Assembly: GCA_964035545.1 (NCBI GenBank)
Contig: OZ037772.1
Span: 4,344,233 to 4,408,232 of the forward strand
DNA: 64,000 nucleotides
DNA from: Bugula neritina
Taxonomy: Eukaryota; Animalia; Bryozoa
Reading direction: 5' to 3'
Made by a program: the position numbers and the translations under genes. Position 1 is the stretch's first letter. The number at the start of each line of letters is the position of its first letter. The notes beneath the pieces are model-generated. The model saw only the letters and a list, made by a program, of their open reading frames with translations, was not told the origin of the DNA and did not search any database. Positions 28,200-41,519 of the stretch are shown in pieces.

Positions 28200-28880
28200 G
28201 TATGAGTATATGAGTATATGAGTATATGAGTATATGAGTATATGAGTATATGAGTATATATGAGTATATGAGTATATGAGTATATGAGTATATATTAGTA
28301 TATGAGTATATATGAGTATATGAGTATTTGAGTGTATGAGTATTTGAGTGTATATATGAGTATTTGAGTGTATATATGAGTATATATAAGTATATATGAG
28401 TATATATGAGTATATGAGTATATGATTATATGAGTATATGTGTATATATGAGTATATGAGTATATATGAGTATATATGAGTATATGAGTATATGAGTATA
28501 TGAGTATATATGAGTATATATGAGTATATGAGTATATATGAGTATATGAGTATATGAGTATATGAGTATAAGTGTATATGAGTATATATGAGTATATGAG
28601 TATATGAGTATATTAGTATATTAATATATGTGTATATGAGTATTATATGAGTATATATGAGTATATATGAGTATATGATTATATGAGTAAATGTGTATAT
28701 ATGAGTATATGAGTATATGATTATATGAGTAAATGTGTATATATGAGTAGGTATATGAGTATATGAGTATATGATTATATGAGTATATGTGTATATGAGT
28801 ATATATGAGTATATGAGTATATATGAGTATATGAGTATATGAGTATATTAGTATATTAGTATATGATTATATGGGTATAT
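28200..28880. repeat. (TATGAGTA)n 8/10-bp simple repeat
   Basis: ~680-bp array of GAGTATAT with variable TA number. Confidence 0.95.
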
Positions 28881-29803
28881 GCTATAGGATGTTACAAAGA
28901 CTAGGCTCGCTTTACATGTATATAAACATAATATAACTTGTGTTATTTCTTTAGATTACAATCACAAAATGCTCCTATATATTAAGACGGCATGCTAAAT
29001 TCAGTAGGAGGATTCTGGGATATTTAAAGAAGAAATAATAAGTAAAAAAAAAATGACAAAAACATTACAATAGCATGGCAACCACATATATGGCTTTTTC
29101 TTATTCAATATAGTTTTGAAATGTTTTATCTAACCTATATTTTCATCACATACTTCACAGCAATTGTCAATTAACAATCTTTGATGAAAAAATTAATTAT
29201 GATGCCATTAAACTTGATGACAACATATTATGCATTTACATCCTTTGAGAACTTTTGCACTGGTTATGTGTTAACATGAACTATATTTCAGTCTAAAAAT
29301 ATACAGCTGCTATTAGGCTTGATTATCATAAGTGAGAAAGTTATTTTGCATTTAGCATGCTCTATAAGTAGAACTGTAGCTGTATATATAAGAAGGAAAA
29401 TCGACACCAGACATTGACTTTTCTCAATGCTATTCTATGAAGAAAGTGCTAGATAATTATTATATATTATATGTTCATTTATTACAGCTATACCCATACT
29501 ACCCTTGTTAATGTGATCAGCTTAGCTTTTTACCTGTTAATGAGCAGTATATATTCCTAAGTTTCCACTCATCATCTAGGTTATCTGGGGTTATGAGTCT
29601 ACTGCATCTACAATATTATCAATGAATACCATGAATGTAAGACAAAGGACCAGTGCTATAACAGCTGGGAATAAATAGAAAAGTTGTCTGGATTTTTAAT
29701 TAAATTATCTATAGATCTAGATGTGTTTATTTGAGCACAATTAATACAATTGCAATAAATATATATTATAGCTCCTGCTTGATGTCTGCAAATTAATAAC
29801 TAT

Positions 29804-32800
29804 TAGTCTGGCAGAAAAACACCAATTTTTGACTTAGGTTCGCAACCCCGGATAAAGTTTTTTTCTCTTCTGATTATTCAAATATAGGGTCTAGGTAAGT
29901 GTTTCCAGGTGGGTGTGGACTTCTTACCCTTGAGCATTTCGAGAAATTCAAGATGGCCGCCAGGCACCAGATGATTCTTTATAATTCAAATGTATCTACC
30001 CACTACGGCTAAATTTGAGGCTTCAATGCTTTGAAATCTTTAGAAATTGATATAATAAAGATGCATGTACCTTTATCATGTGTTTTATTGAGTAATAGGC
30101 AAATGATACCCAAGGGTAACTAAGCTAAGCCTTAATCATTCACTTTTTTTAAGTTTAACTTAGCCTTGCTGTGTTTATAATTTCCTTGCATCTCTGCATA
30201 TCAGTTTGTTCTGAATTCATGAAAATTTACTATATGGGCCCGGTGATACTATATGCTGATTACAAATATGTCCAACAAATAAAGCTGAAAGGGGTTCTGC
30301 AAAATTGAAATGCGACGTCATTGCCAAATGCGCTAAATAGCAATTTATTTCAAACTAGCATGCCTATCAAAAAAGTTTGTTGAGCTGCCAATTTAATAGT
30401 TATTTTCTGTTTTGAAGTTTTAGCTATGTTTTTTAAAGTTAGAAAAAAAGGTGAACAACTTTGATAACACAACACCATGGCTTCTTAAAATAGTTTAATT
30501 GCTTTATTATGGACACATTGTTTATCTAAATATTGACTTTTTGCTTTCGAAAACTACTTTTACAATCAGCACATTTGACTTTTTTTTAAAAACATTTGTA
30601 AACATTTTTTTATGAATGAGAATCTATTTAATGCTGGGGGAAGTAATACATTCATTGGAACAGTGTTCCCTACCTTTTTCATACTAATCCCCTTTCATAA
30701 ACGTTTACTATTAATTTCTCCCTTTTAATGACCTATGTTGGGTGCACTGGAACATTAATGATTGAAACTTATTTCGCAAAAGTAGTTAATTCTACTTTTA
30801 GTGGTTTCTTCAAAATGCTAAATGAAAAAAGTTTCCCCAGAATGTACGGGGCATGAGAATATTGGTGGGAGAGCTGTTGAAGTCAGTCTTTGATAAAAGT
30901 GTAATCACTAGCATGGAGGACCTTGACAAGATGTTGACTAAGATTTCAGAGAGCTGAAGAACAGAAAAAACCGTGGGTCATGTGCTTTATTAGAGCAATT
31001 TTTTCCATCAACACCCACATCATGGCTGATAAAGAAGGAGACTGGGCCTTACAGCTAGCAATGGAAAAGGAAATGTACTTATATGTGTGTAGCATGAAGG
31101 TCATGCTGCAAGATGTAAGGATTGAATTCGTGGCTGGTAACCACACAATGCATCATAAACGCAGCCAGCTCGACGGCATCTGGTCAGACATTACCATTGA
31201 GGTGATTTTCGTGAGATTTGGTCACACCAAGGGGGAATCATTGGCATCACCAATAAAACTGAAATTGTCAAGGTGTGGGTGTACAGCAATTCTGCATGCA
31301 ACAAAATACAGTAAGGCTTCAGTGACATCAGAGATGAGTCTGAAATAAATGCTTTCACTACTCATAAGGATGAGATGCAATCAAGAGTCCAATCTGATTC
31401 AAAGGACAGGGAGTCTGTTAAAAGGAAGATTGAACTCTGCAATGACCCACTCAAAAAAGGGTGCACAAGAAGGTAAAAAAATGTCCACCAAGCTAGAGGT
31501 TCTGTTATACAAGATGGCAATAAAAACTACACTGATGTATAGATATCAGACATGGCCACTGACTCAAAGACAAGAGAACAAGATAAGTGCAACTAAGATG
31601 AGGATGCTTTGTCACATTTACAATATAGAGTAGGAAGAGTATATAACAAATGATAATCTAAGGAGGAGGCCAAAATAAAAGCCATCGCAATAGGCATGAG
31701 GAGAAGACCTCTTCAATGGTATGGACATGTGCGCCGAAGAGATAGGGATGAAGATATTATAATGGTGGCTGAGATGAAAATACAGAGAAAGAGAGGGAGG
31801 CCAAAGAAAAGGTTAGTGAATACAGTGAAGGATGTCATACTGAAATGTGGCCTCTCAGATGAAGATGTTGACGACAGAATCAGATGACACTCTCTGATAG
31901 CACTTGGTGCCCTGCAAAACCGCCACTCATCTTAGACCACAGCGTACTAGGTGAGAAAGTCCAAGACAAATTCCTATAATGAAAAATTTGCTGCCGTCCC
32001 ATGGCCTCTCAGGGTGTGATGTAGTGGCAACAATGTAAAATATTGGAAAGGGAGTCATACTAAATGTCTTGGTAGAAAGAAAGTGTGATTTGGTGACACT
32101 AGGGCTTTTTTCAAGATGACTATTCATACAAGCTACCAGGTTTATGCTATGTTGCTACGCTTATGCAAAGTGTTCCTCCATGACATCTACAAGACAAAAA
32201 GCTTAGAAAACCAAGGTCAGCAACGCTATTTGCGATGAGCCTTTAGCTTATGTACTTTGCCTGCTACAGATGAAGCTATTGGACAATGTCACCAGAGCAC
32301 ACCTCCAGGTAGCCATATGAAACTGCGGCATTAAACCCACTAGAACATTGGCGATTTTTTACAATTTAGCTACTCTTGTATATAGATTTTAGCCTCAAAC
32401 TATTGAAATTTTAGCAAATAAAACTGAATATTTAAGGCTTTTTCAATTATGCATGATTTTCTATGCTTTTTTTAAATTTATTAGTACATTGAGATATATT
32501 ATATGAACTATGATGGTTCACAAATATATATTTAGCTCCTATGACATGTCGCTGCGCTTAAATGTTGCAGGACCTCTTCCCAGTGTTTTTGCTATGCATA
32601 GTTAGAATCAGCAAATTCTATTACTCTATAATAGTAAGTTTTCATGAATTTTGAGCAAACTTTAAAATGTTTGATCATAATCTGCTGATGTCTACTAAAT
32701 AAAGTAAAATGGTCCAAATTCATTAAATGCTCCTGTGGAAGCCAACAATCATGCAAAACAACACGATATGGCTATTCTAGTACATTTATCCCATGCACAG

Positions 32801-33420
32801 AGTTCTGTCTTTGTGAAGCAGTAACAGGAGTGTGCTGCAATGAACTAACATGTCTAACAAATGCTAATGATAGAAAACAATGAGAAAGGTGTTTAATATG
32901 AACATGAGCGAAAGTTTGTCACATCTATTTGATTATATATATGTTCCATTTTAATTTTAGCTGAGCAATATGCCTCTATCTTTTTCACTTTTTCTTCACT
33001 GGCAATAAGCAATGTTTTTCTTTATATATCTGTCCAAACAATTATTCAAAAACCTTGTATCATTTCTCTGCACCATATGTGATAATTTATTGAAGCAATT
33101 TCAATTTTTGAACTGAGCAACATGTCTCTTGGCTCTTTACTTTGGTTTTATTTGCACTGGCATGGCAAATAATCATTCCAAAACTGCACATCTATTTGAA
33201 TCATCAAAAAAACTTTGTTTTTGCAACATAATATAGACTTTATGCCTACTAGATTACGATTTTTTCATAACTGGCGGCCATCTTGGATTTCTCGAAATGC
33301 TCAAGGGTGGCAGGTCCACACCCACCTGGAAACAGTTACCTGAACCCTCAAGATAAATAATCAAAAGAGAAAAAAACTTTATCCGAGATTGTGAACCTAA
33401 CCCCCAGTTCTGCCAGACTA
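29804..33420 (+). mobile_element. Long-TIR DNA transposon with decayed large ORF (superfamily uncertain)
   Basis: ~150-bp imperfect TIRs TAGTCTGGCAGAA...CAAGATGGCCGCCA (29804-29961) vs 33272-33420; flanks compatible with a TA or TAT duplication. Coding relics: ADKEGDWALQL, GIWSDITIE..FVRFGH, HGLSGCDVVA..NIGKG, LPATDEA..RAHLQVAI. Confidence 0.8.
31455..31960 (+). mobile_element. 5'-truncated RTE-clade LINE fragment nested in the long-TIR element
   Basis: RTE C-terminal motifs LYK.AIK..LMY..QTW.LT, MRML, ITNDNLR, LQWYGHVRRR, RKRGRPKKR; stops and frameshifts; host-element motifs resume after ~31960. Confidence 0.85.
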
Positions 33421-34303
33421 TATATTTTGAAGTTTATATGCTTTCTTTTACTACGTTCTCTAAATAATTTCATTTACTCGCAGGCATGCCATTTAAACAA
33501 ATATTTTAAAACCATAAACCTACTGTGTTTGACATTTTTGTATTGGATATTGTTTGATGTTACAAATTTAATCTGCCTATTCTAATGCATATATATAATA
33601 TATTTACATTCAGAAAAATACTGTTGTTAAAAATACTTATAGTGAAATGAGCTAGTTGTTCTTATAGTATAAATTTGTAAGTATGATTACTGAAACATGT
33701 GTTAATACAGATAAGCAAGTTTGTTCATAAAATACAGGCATGCGTTTTATTCAGTTTTAGGTGAAAATGGCACTCATGGTATATATAAAATTGTCACGCA
33801 GTAAAAACTGCACATGCGGGTAATAATGGCACAAATGGTAGAGTAGGTAGAAATGGCACACTGATGTTAAATTTTGCAAACCTCAGACCCCAATCCTATC
33901 AGTGTGTCAGCACAGCAACTCTTGGATTATGTTTATTATAGATGGACTGTACCTTCTGAGAAATAGTATGTTGGAGTTGTCATCAATTGCTAAAGTAACA
34001 AATATTTCTATATTTAACTAGATTATAAACAATATATAGTAATAAGAATATACTAATTGGAGGTCAATAGTCATATAATGTTAGTGGATACTTGCCAAAT
34101 AATGGTCTGATACCTGTATATTGTTATTAACAGTACAATAGTCCAAGTGGAGATAACCACTAAGAGGTTATATTACTGTACCTGCCAGACCAGATGACAT
34201 GTGTCATTCAGTTGACATGTATACAGCAGGTGACTCCCATGACTTGATAGTGACAGACATTGTATAATATCTAACATTTGTTCTGCTAAATATTACCAAC
34301 TAT

Positions 34304-34969
34304 ACCCTCATTCACGCATTGCCGTACAATACGCTGTATAACAGCAAACATTAGCCATCTTTAGTAACATCCGAGCTGATTTATACCCCGGAATACATTG
34401 CGGCGTTGATCGAGCACTGCTTGATTCAAAACATCACATTGGGCAGAGTTGATATGTACTAAAAGTTAAATAATATTTTCTGCTGGTTTGTTTTAATTGC
34501 TTGATCTAAATTATAACTCAATCTCATAACTTTAAAAGATTAAAAATTTTCATCCTACTTGTTTGAATTAAACCTAGCCTGAATAACTAGTTCAATTTCC
34601 ACTTATTGCAAAACAACGCAAGCTAAAAATCTAAAAATTAATCAGACGGCTTGAATATTTTTTATTCATCAAGTTTGCACAAATATTTCATGGGCACATA
34701 TACCTAAAAAGGTTTTCTTCTTTCAGAATTGCTTTTATCTAGTAAATAACATTTATATCACAGTTTTTGAGAAGAATGTTGCAACAAATGTGTGAACAAT
34801 ATTCAAAAGTATACAAGTCACCGAAGACAAGAGTTAGCCTAATTATGATTGGCCATAGCTCAACAAATTATATGTTGTAATTTTTTTCAGTGTATGAACG
34901 CATATGCTGACGAAACGTAACCGCAACGCCATTTTGTTTTGCTGTTAGGGCAAAATGTGAATGATGGGA
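34304..34969 (+). mobile_element. Diverged full-length copy of the CCC..TTCACAC MITE family
   Basis: CCCTCATTCACGCATTGCC ... GGCAAAATGTGAATGATGGG; collinear with 36398-37071. Confidence 0.75.
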
Positions 34970-36397
34970 TAGTGTGAGACCTTAAACGGCTTCAAAAATT
35001 TTCTAATGTACAATAAAAGTTAGGAGTTGTCTTTTATATTCACTATGTCTAAAGCGAGTGTAAGATGCTGTTTAACTCTGAACAATAGTCATGTGACCAC
35101 CTAATAAGTAAGTTTTTCTACAACCCAGACTCCAAGCCAACTAATAACAGAGACAGGAAATAATTAAACTTCACTCTGACAAACACAGTGGTATAACTGA
35201 TTGTCAATCGCACAATCGCAATATTTTTTGTTCACAATTAATATACTTGAATGAGACATAAATTGAGTGTTTCTGTTTACTGAATGAAAGTTATTACTTT
35301 GGAAAAATTCAAGCATTTATTACATCAAGATGATGTATATAATTATTTCTCTGCTTAATTTTAGCATAAAGTAACTATCGGCCTGCTGCAATTACAATAA
35401 TTTTTCTTTACAAGTAATTTCCGTAAGTAATACATAAATCCAGTAATTCTCTTTACCGTATGAGAGTTATGGTCCCTTGCTATCTATAAATAAGAATGCG
35501 ATCTTCAAAAGAATATTAAACCTTAGAGTTATCTTCTATTACAGTTAGACATTGTCATTCTCTGCAGTAATCTCAAAAGCTCAACCATTCATTGGTTGAT
35601 CTACGGTATATTAATAAAGGTATCATCATCACCTGGTTTGTGTAATATTAAGGAGTTAATACACCCTCCATTGAACTCATATATATTAGGTTAGAATAAT
35701 ACTGCTTCTGTATACACCACTGCAATGTATCTAAAGTGGCACATCACTTGATATTAATATCTATAACTTATTATAGTTATTACATAATTAGACTTGGACT
35801 GCAAAATTTAATAAATTACTCAATTGGGTAATTATCCCCAATAATTATGTATGCATGGTTCAGTTATAGATTGATGATATAAACTATAATCAGTTTAACT
35901 ATTATAAATGTATTTGAAGGTCTAGAATTATTAATTAAATCATAAAAAATATTATCTATAGCGCTAAGTTTATTCTTATTTGGTACTACAAACAATCATT
36001 AAATAATTTTCTGAATGCTTCAAATAAGGTTTTATCTGTGTGAATGTTTTTTATGTTTTTAAAAATGTTAATAAAATTAAAACGTATAAAACACTTTCAA
36101 ATTGGCTAATAAATTCCAACCTTGTTGAGTGCTAAAAAATGTGCAGAATAAAAATATGCACAATTTAAACAACAATTGTTATATTGAGATTTATAAGTAT
36201 GTGTAGTTGTCTTCTCTTGTTGTTGCATGTGTGTGGGGTGCACAACTCTAAGTTTGACATTAACATTGCGTATAGTGTGGGTGTGGCTTGTGTGAGTGTT
36301 GTAGCTATATAAACTAGTGTAAATGGGAGAATTGAGGGACTTGAGACTGATTAAGGATAATTGTATAGAATGTATGCGGCCCAATTAAAATGTATTA

Positions 36398-37071
36398 CCC
36401 CCTGTTCACACATTGCCGCACCGTACGCCGCAACAGCAAATATCCGCCATCTTTGATAACATCCGGGCTGAATCGTACCTTGGTATATGCTGCGGCGTTG
36501 ATCAAGCAGTGCTTGATTCAAAAAATCACGGCGGGCTCCCATTGGGTAGAGTTGATCTGGTGCTAAAATTTAAAGAACATGTTCGCTAGTTTATTTTAAT
36601 CGCTTATTTCTGATTTAATTTAGCTAATTCAAAAGTTTTAAAAGATTAAAAAATCTTTATCTGGCTTGTTTGAATTAAACTCGGGTTAAAAATCTAGCTT
36701 TCCCTAATTACAAAAACACGCAAACCAAAAACTTAAAAATTATTTTGACTGCTTAAATATTCATTATTTAAATTGGTTTGCACAATTTTTTTAAAAACAA
36801 ATATATTTAAAAGAGAGATTCGTTTCATGTAATTGCTTTTATTTAGTAAATAGCATTTATATGACATCTTTTGAAAAGAATGTTGCGAATAATTTGTAAA
36901 TAATATCCAAGTCACCACAGACAAAAATTAACCTCATTATGATTGGTCACAACTCAACGGCGTGCGGTGTACTTTGCGTCAATGTGTGAACCCCTGTTGA
37001 TAAAATGTAACGGGTTCGCCATTTTGTTTGTGCTGTTACGGTTTATGATGCGGCAATGTGTGAACAGGGGG
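36398..37071 (+). mobile_element. MITE, 674 bp, TIR CCCCCTGTTCACACATTGCCGCA, TA TSD
   Basis: Perfect 23-bp TIRs flanked by TA on both sides; family has five copies or fragments in the window. Confidence 0.9.
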
Positions 37072-37814
37072 TACGAGTACGTCAGTGAGTGCTGACCCAG
37101 GATTATAGACTGAAGAGCACCACCAGCCAACTAATCTAACTCGGAGTCTCAACTTCACCCCTATCGGACAGACGGGAGCTGGAGTTACCTCGCAGCCAAG
37201 CCAATAACCCGTAACTACATACCGACCCCAAGCTCACCCTAAGGCTACCATATATATATTACTGGGTGAGTTTACGATACTCAAAACCATTAAAACCCCA
37301 CCATAACACAATTAAAACAAGGTTCTGTTGAGAATTATATATAATTTGTTTAATTAAATAATTTACTTGTAATTCTCATTGTAAATATTTTGTAAGAGAG
37401 GTGCAAAAACTGTTAAAACTGGATGAATTTGTCACGTAATTATACGCACTGTAAACATAATATTGTAGTGGGTCACGCAACGTAGTAATATAAGAATCGT
37501 CCTCTCTCCGTTCTGGGAATATTAAGGCCCCAATGTAGTAACCAATCAGAAGAACCGGAAGATATGCTTCCGACTCATGTGACAGTTCCCGGGCAGTTAG
37601 CAATCATCACGTTGATGTAAGCGAGGGCTTGAAGTGTAAACATGTGTTAGTAGTGACTGATGTTATAGCGTAATTTGATGTAATGTTTGTTTTGTATTGT
37701 ATTGTAAATAATAAAAGTAATTACTCGACAGGTACCCTAGTAATTGCTAGTAGAGTAGCCAACTAAATACGCAAGTAGAAAACTCACGCACAGTAATTGC
37801 ACGAATTACTACAG

Positions 37815-37832
37815 TGGTGGCAGCAGTGAGAT
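37815..37832 (+). promoter_or_regulatory. Primer-binding site complementary to the tRNA-Leu 3' end
   Basis: TGGTGGCAGCAGTGAGAT, 1 nt after the LTR; 2 mismatches to the PBS of element 2. Confidence 0.8.
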
Positions 37833-37848
37833 CTTGCGTATAACAGTC

Positions 37849-38796
37849 ATGGCAGAAGACGGTACGGAGCTACCCATTCCACTGAATGAAGGTGAGGAAG
37901 ATAATGTTGATAGACCTGTGGAACCAGTGGTGTTAGAAGAAGTGAGAGTTCCTAGAGAGCCCGGTGAGGACAGATACCGGCTGAAGGCGCCCACCTTCAC
38001 AGGCGAGGAAGCCGTAGAGCAATTTATCCAGGAATTCCAAGATGTGATGGAAGTTGCACGAAAGCCACCAAGGGTGGCGTTGCTCAAACTCAGGATGGCG
38101 CTGACGGACAAGGCTAAGCCATATGGAGCGAGACCTGACATAGAAGGGATCTTTGCTTCTCTGCGGGCCCGTTTTGGTATCTCCGCCATAGATGCGCGGG
38201 CCCGCCTACAAAGGCTGCGGCATGATCTTCACACGCCGCTGCAGGAGCACGCTACCACGGTGATGACGCTGGCGCAGATCGCGTTCTGCGATCTGCCTCA
38301 AGCGAACCGTGAGAAGTATACTTACAATGCCTTCGTGCAGTCCATCAACGACCTGAGACTCCACCATCAGTTCCAAGAGAGGGGAGTCGCCACGGTCAAG
38401 GATGCACTAGCGGTAGGAGAAGCCTACCTCTTGGCGACTCACATGCACCGCAACCGCATTGCCTCCCACCAGGTGGCCACGGAGCACACTACTGCTCATA
38501 ATGAACCAAATGCGGAACCCTCTGCGGTGGCTAATGTGACCCAGATGACGGTAGCATCGAAAGTCGCTCAGATGACTGACATGCTAGCCAAACTGGTTGC
38601 CACGTTAGCTTTCCCAAGCCAGGTAGATACTGCCCATGAGCCTTGCGGGCCGCAGGCACAATCACCAGGCACGGGGCATAAATTCTGCTGGGGATGCGGA
38701 AGGCCTGGACATTTCCAGAAGAACTGCCCTCAACTCCAACAAGGGTTAAACTACCATGGCCTGCAGATGTTCCCATCTCCTGCGGGCCGCCGGTAA
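37849..38796 (+). CDS. gag: Gypsy Gag (~315 aa, intact)
   Basis: ATG at 37849; capsid-like PTFTGEEAVEQFI...LRARFG; CCHC knuckle CWGCGRPGHFQKNC; ends just after GLN slippery site. Confidence 0.9.
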   Translation: MAEDGTELPIPLNEGEEDNVDRPVEPVVLEEVRVPREPGEDRYRLKAPTFTGEEAVEQFIQEFQDVMEVARKPPRVALLKLRMALTDKAKPYGARPDIEGIFASLRARFGISAIDARARLQRLRHDLHTPLQEHATTVMTLAQIAFCDLPQANREKYTYNAFVQSINDLRLHHQFQERGVATVKDALAVGEAYLLATHMHRNRIASHQVATEHTTAHNEPNAEPSAVANVTQMTVASKVAQMTDMLAKLVATLAFPSQVDTAHEPCGPQAQSPGTGHKFCWGCGRPGHFQKNCPQLQQGLNYHGLQMFPSPAGRR

Positions 38797-41154
38797 ATCA
38801 CCCAGGAGAGGCAAGGTGTCTGCTGCTCCGCTGAGCGCCACGGGAGGACACTGTGGAGTGGCGACCCCTACGGCAAGTAGGCTGTTCAAGCCACTCGCCA
38901 CTTGGGCCCTCTATGCCACTCCGACACAGATCCGACAGACGGTTGACCTCAGAGCCTGCGAGGGAAACGGTACAGGCGCCGCAAGACGTACCACCTCAAC
39001 CTCGGCAGTTGGTCAATAGTCGTCGCCAACCGTGGACCCCTCGACCCACAGCAAGGGGGGTGCAACCACGACACACACAAATGCAGTCACACGGGAGTAG
39101 CTACTTCCTGCCGGGAAAACTAGCTGGCAAGCCTGCCAACTTTCTTCTGGACTCGGGCTGCACCACCAACCTCCTTAGCCGTCAGTTCTCTGACACCCTC
39201 AGCGCTAAGGTCAGGGACGGGCTGGCATTGTATCAGGGGGATCATGGCACCCTGGCAGATGGATCATGCATTCCCTTCTGCGGCGTTATTGAGCTGACTG
39301 GTTACGTCCGTAACCAGACCATCCAGGAGACGTTTATTGTCGGACAGCTCAACGAGGATGCTATCCTTGGGATGCCATTCTTGCACTGACACGGATGTCG
39401 TATCGATTTCAGTAAATCTCCGATGATCATGGGTGACAGGGGGCTCGCTTGTGTCAATAAGTTTGGTCGTCCTTTAGCGGGAAGAGTGCAGGTAGTACGG
39501 AGCTGTACGATACCAGGCCACTCCTGGGCTACCGTCCGCTGCAAAGTAGACGGTGGCCAGACCTCTAGGTTAGGAGTTGTGGAAAGTACGCACTCAAGAA
39601 TCCAACTTGCCCACAGCTTTAGCCGGCTTATGGGACAAGGAGAGATCTCGGTGCAGTGCGTCAACCCCTCCTCAGAGACAATAAACCTACCATCCAGGTC
39701 CATGCTTGGCCGCTTTCATACTGTCCAGGAGGAAGCCACTGGGCTGTCGTTGGGAGCTACGACGAAAAGTCCTCAACAGAGCCCGTCTCAAGGGCGGAGG
39801 ACCGTCCCAATCCATCATCCAGGGACGTGTGGTGGTGCGGCAACGGAAAGCGCCATGCCATGGCCAGGTTGCCTCACTGTACCGGTGCGGCGCCTCGCCA
39901 CAAAACCATGACACTCGCCTAAATAGATGAGCCTGTCATGAGGTACCACGGGCGGCAGAGACCGTCCCTACTCGGCAGCCCACGAGGAGGTTGGGCCCGA
40001 AGAAGAAGAGCAGAGTTCCCCCGCGGTCCCAAGTGCCAACACAGAACCCGGGCCGACTCCGCCAGAAGGCTGACATGCCCCCGGAGGCCGTCCAGAGCCT
40101 CCGCGCCAAACCTGTATGGGCTGGTAACGTTAGAGAGCTACCGGAACTCCAGAAAAGCCTTTCTGGGGTGGTAACCAACGTGTACCAAGCGAAACAGGAA
40201 GGGCGACGATTCAGTGGTAGACAACGGAGACAGGGATGCGCCGAGTTATGGCTGTACTGTCAACATTGGAACTCCCTGCAGATCGGGCCAGATGTTCTGC
40301 TGACCATGACTGTGGCCGCCAACAGCAGAGAACCAGCAAAAGAAAGGATCGTCTGCCCAGCTGTCGTCCACCGGGAGTTGATACGGGACACCCACCAGCG
40401 GACTCATGCAGGAGTCTAGGGGGTGGTCACCAAACTACAACTCCGGTGGTACTTGCCCAACATAGAGCGGGACATCCGGCGCAGAGTGAGACAGTACAAA
40501 GTCTGCCAGACCAACAAGCATAGCCGTCTCCCTGGTGAAGCGGGACGGCAGACGCGTTGTGTTAGAAGGTCTTGGCAAGCGGAGACTGTCGTCCTGGCCG
40601 GAAACACGCCCATGACCACTCAGGAAGACCTGGCGAGGCGAGAAAGGCCACTTCCGTCCTTGGAAGTGCGCCCACCGCCCCCAACGTCAGGCCTGCCACC
40701 ACCACCACTTCCAGAACCAGAAACAGGTCTGGAAGTGCAAAAACCCGCCGTGGGAGGGGCTCTGTACGGAGATACCAACGTAGGAACAACCATCACAAAC
40801 AGGCTGGAAAAACCACCCGCGAGACATAACAATCCACGGGTGAGCACACCACCTCACACAGTGACGACACCTCTAGGACCACACACTAGGCAACCCCCAG
40901 CGTGCCTTGGAGACTTCGTACATGACCGCGCTTCAAGCGGCAGTTATGAAGGTCTAGCGAGGTCTGGTATGGGAAAACAGACAAAGAAACGTGGGAGTTG
41001 TGAACACCACAAAAATATCAACTTTTGCCTCGGCGGAATCACGAACGAGATTGATCCGCTGGAAGTAAAAAACCCTAGTCACGCTTCACAACCACGCTGC
41101 CCGGTCTTTTCCTACGTTGATGCAGTCAAGAGTAGACGTGCCACTAAACACTAA
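38745..41154 (+). pseudogene. pol: Gypsy pol remnant in -1 frame: protease, PR-RT linker, RT start, then integrase zinc region and C-tail
   Basis: FLLDSGCT protease motif; HEVP...VPTRQPTRRLGP (RT N-terminus) runs directly into the integrase N-region (THQRTHAG...WY.P...VCQ); no YxDD, RNase H or DDE; in-frame stops at 38832, 39387 and 40417. Confidence 0.85.
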
Positions 41155-41519
41155 TCAATTACTGCTCTCAATCTAAAATGTCTCACTATTCTGGATCGAA
41201 GGGTGAGTTAGTTATGTTTTTGATACGGGAACTAGACTACATCAGTCAGCTCTAGCTACGCCAGTTAGCGAACTGGAGATTCGATAATGAAACACTGTGG
41301 TGGGAAAACACGTCGACTTAGGTTTTAAATAATCTGCCATAGCGAGTGGGTTCTTATCCAACTATTCATTAGCCTGAATCTCACGAGTGTAACTGAACAG
41401 AGTACCTGTCAGGCTGTACACGCCGGCGGTTCCTCAGTGTATAATCTTTAACACTGCTACTCTTTCAGATAACACTCGAGTGACCACCTCCCGGTCCTGG
41501 ACCAGCCAACCCTCTACCC

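Noticed and set aside
27200-28200. Local ~90-130-bp direct repeats and a possible minus-strand exon at ~27647-27759
   Set aside because: Old local duplications; no convincing protein similarity or partner exons.
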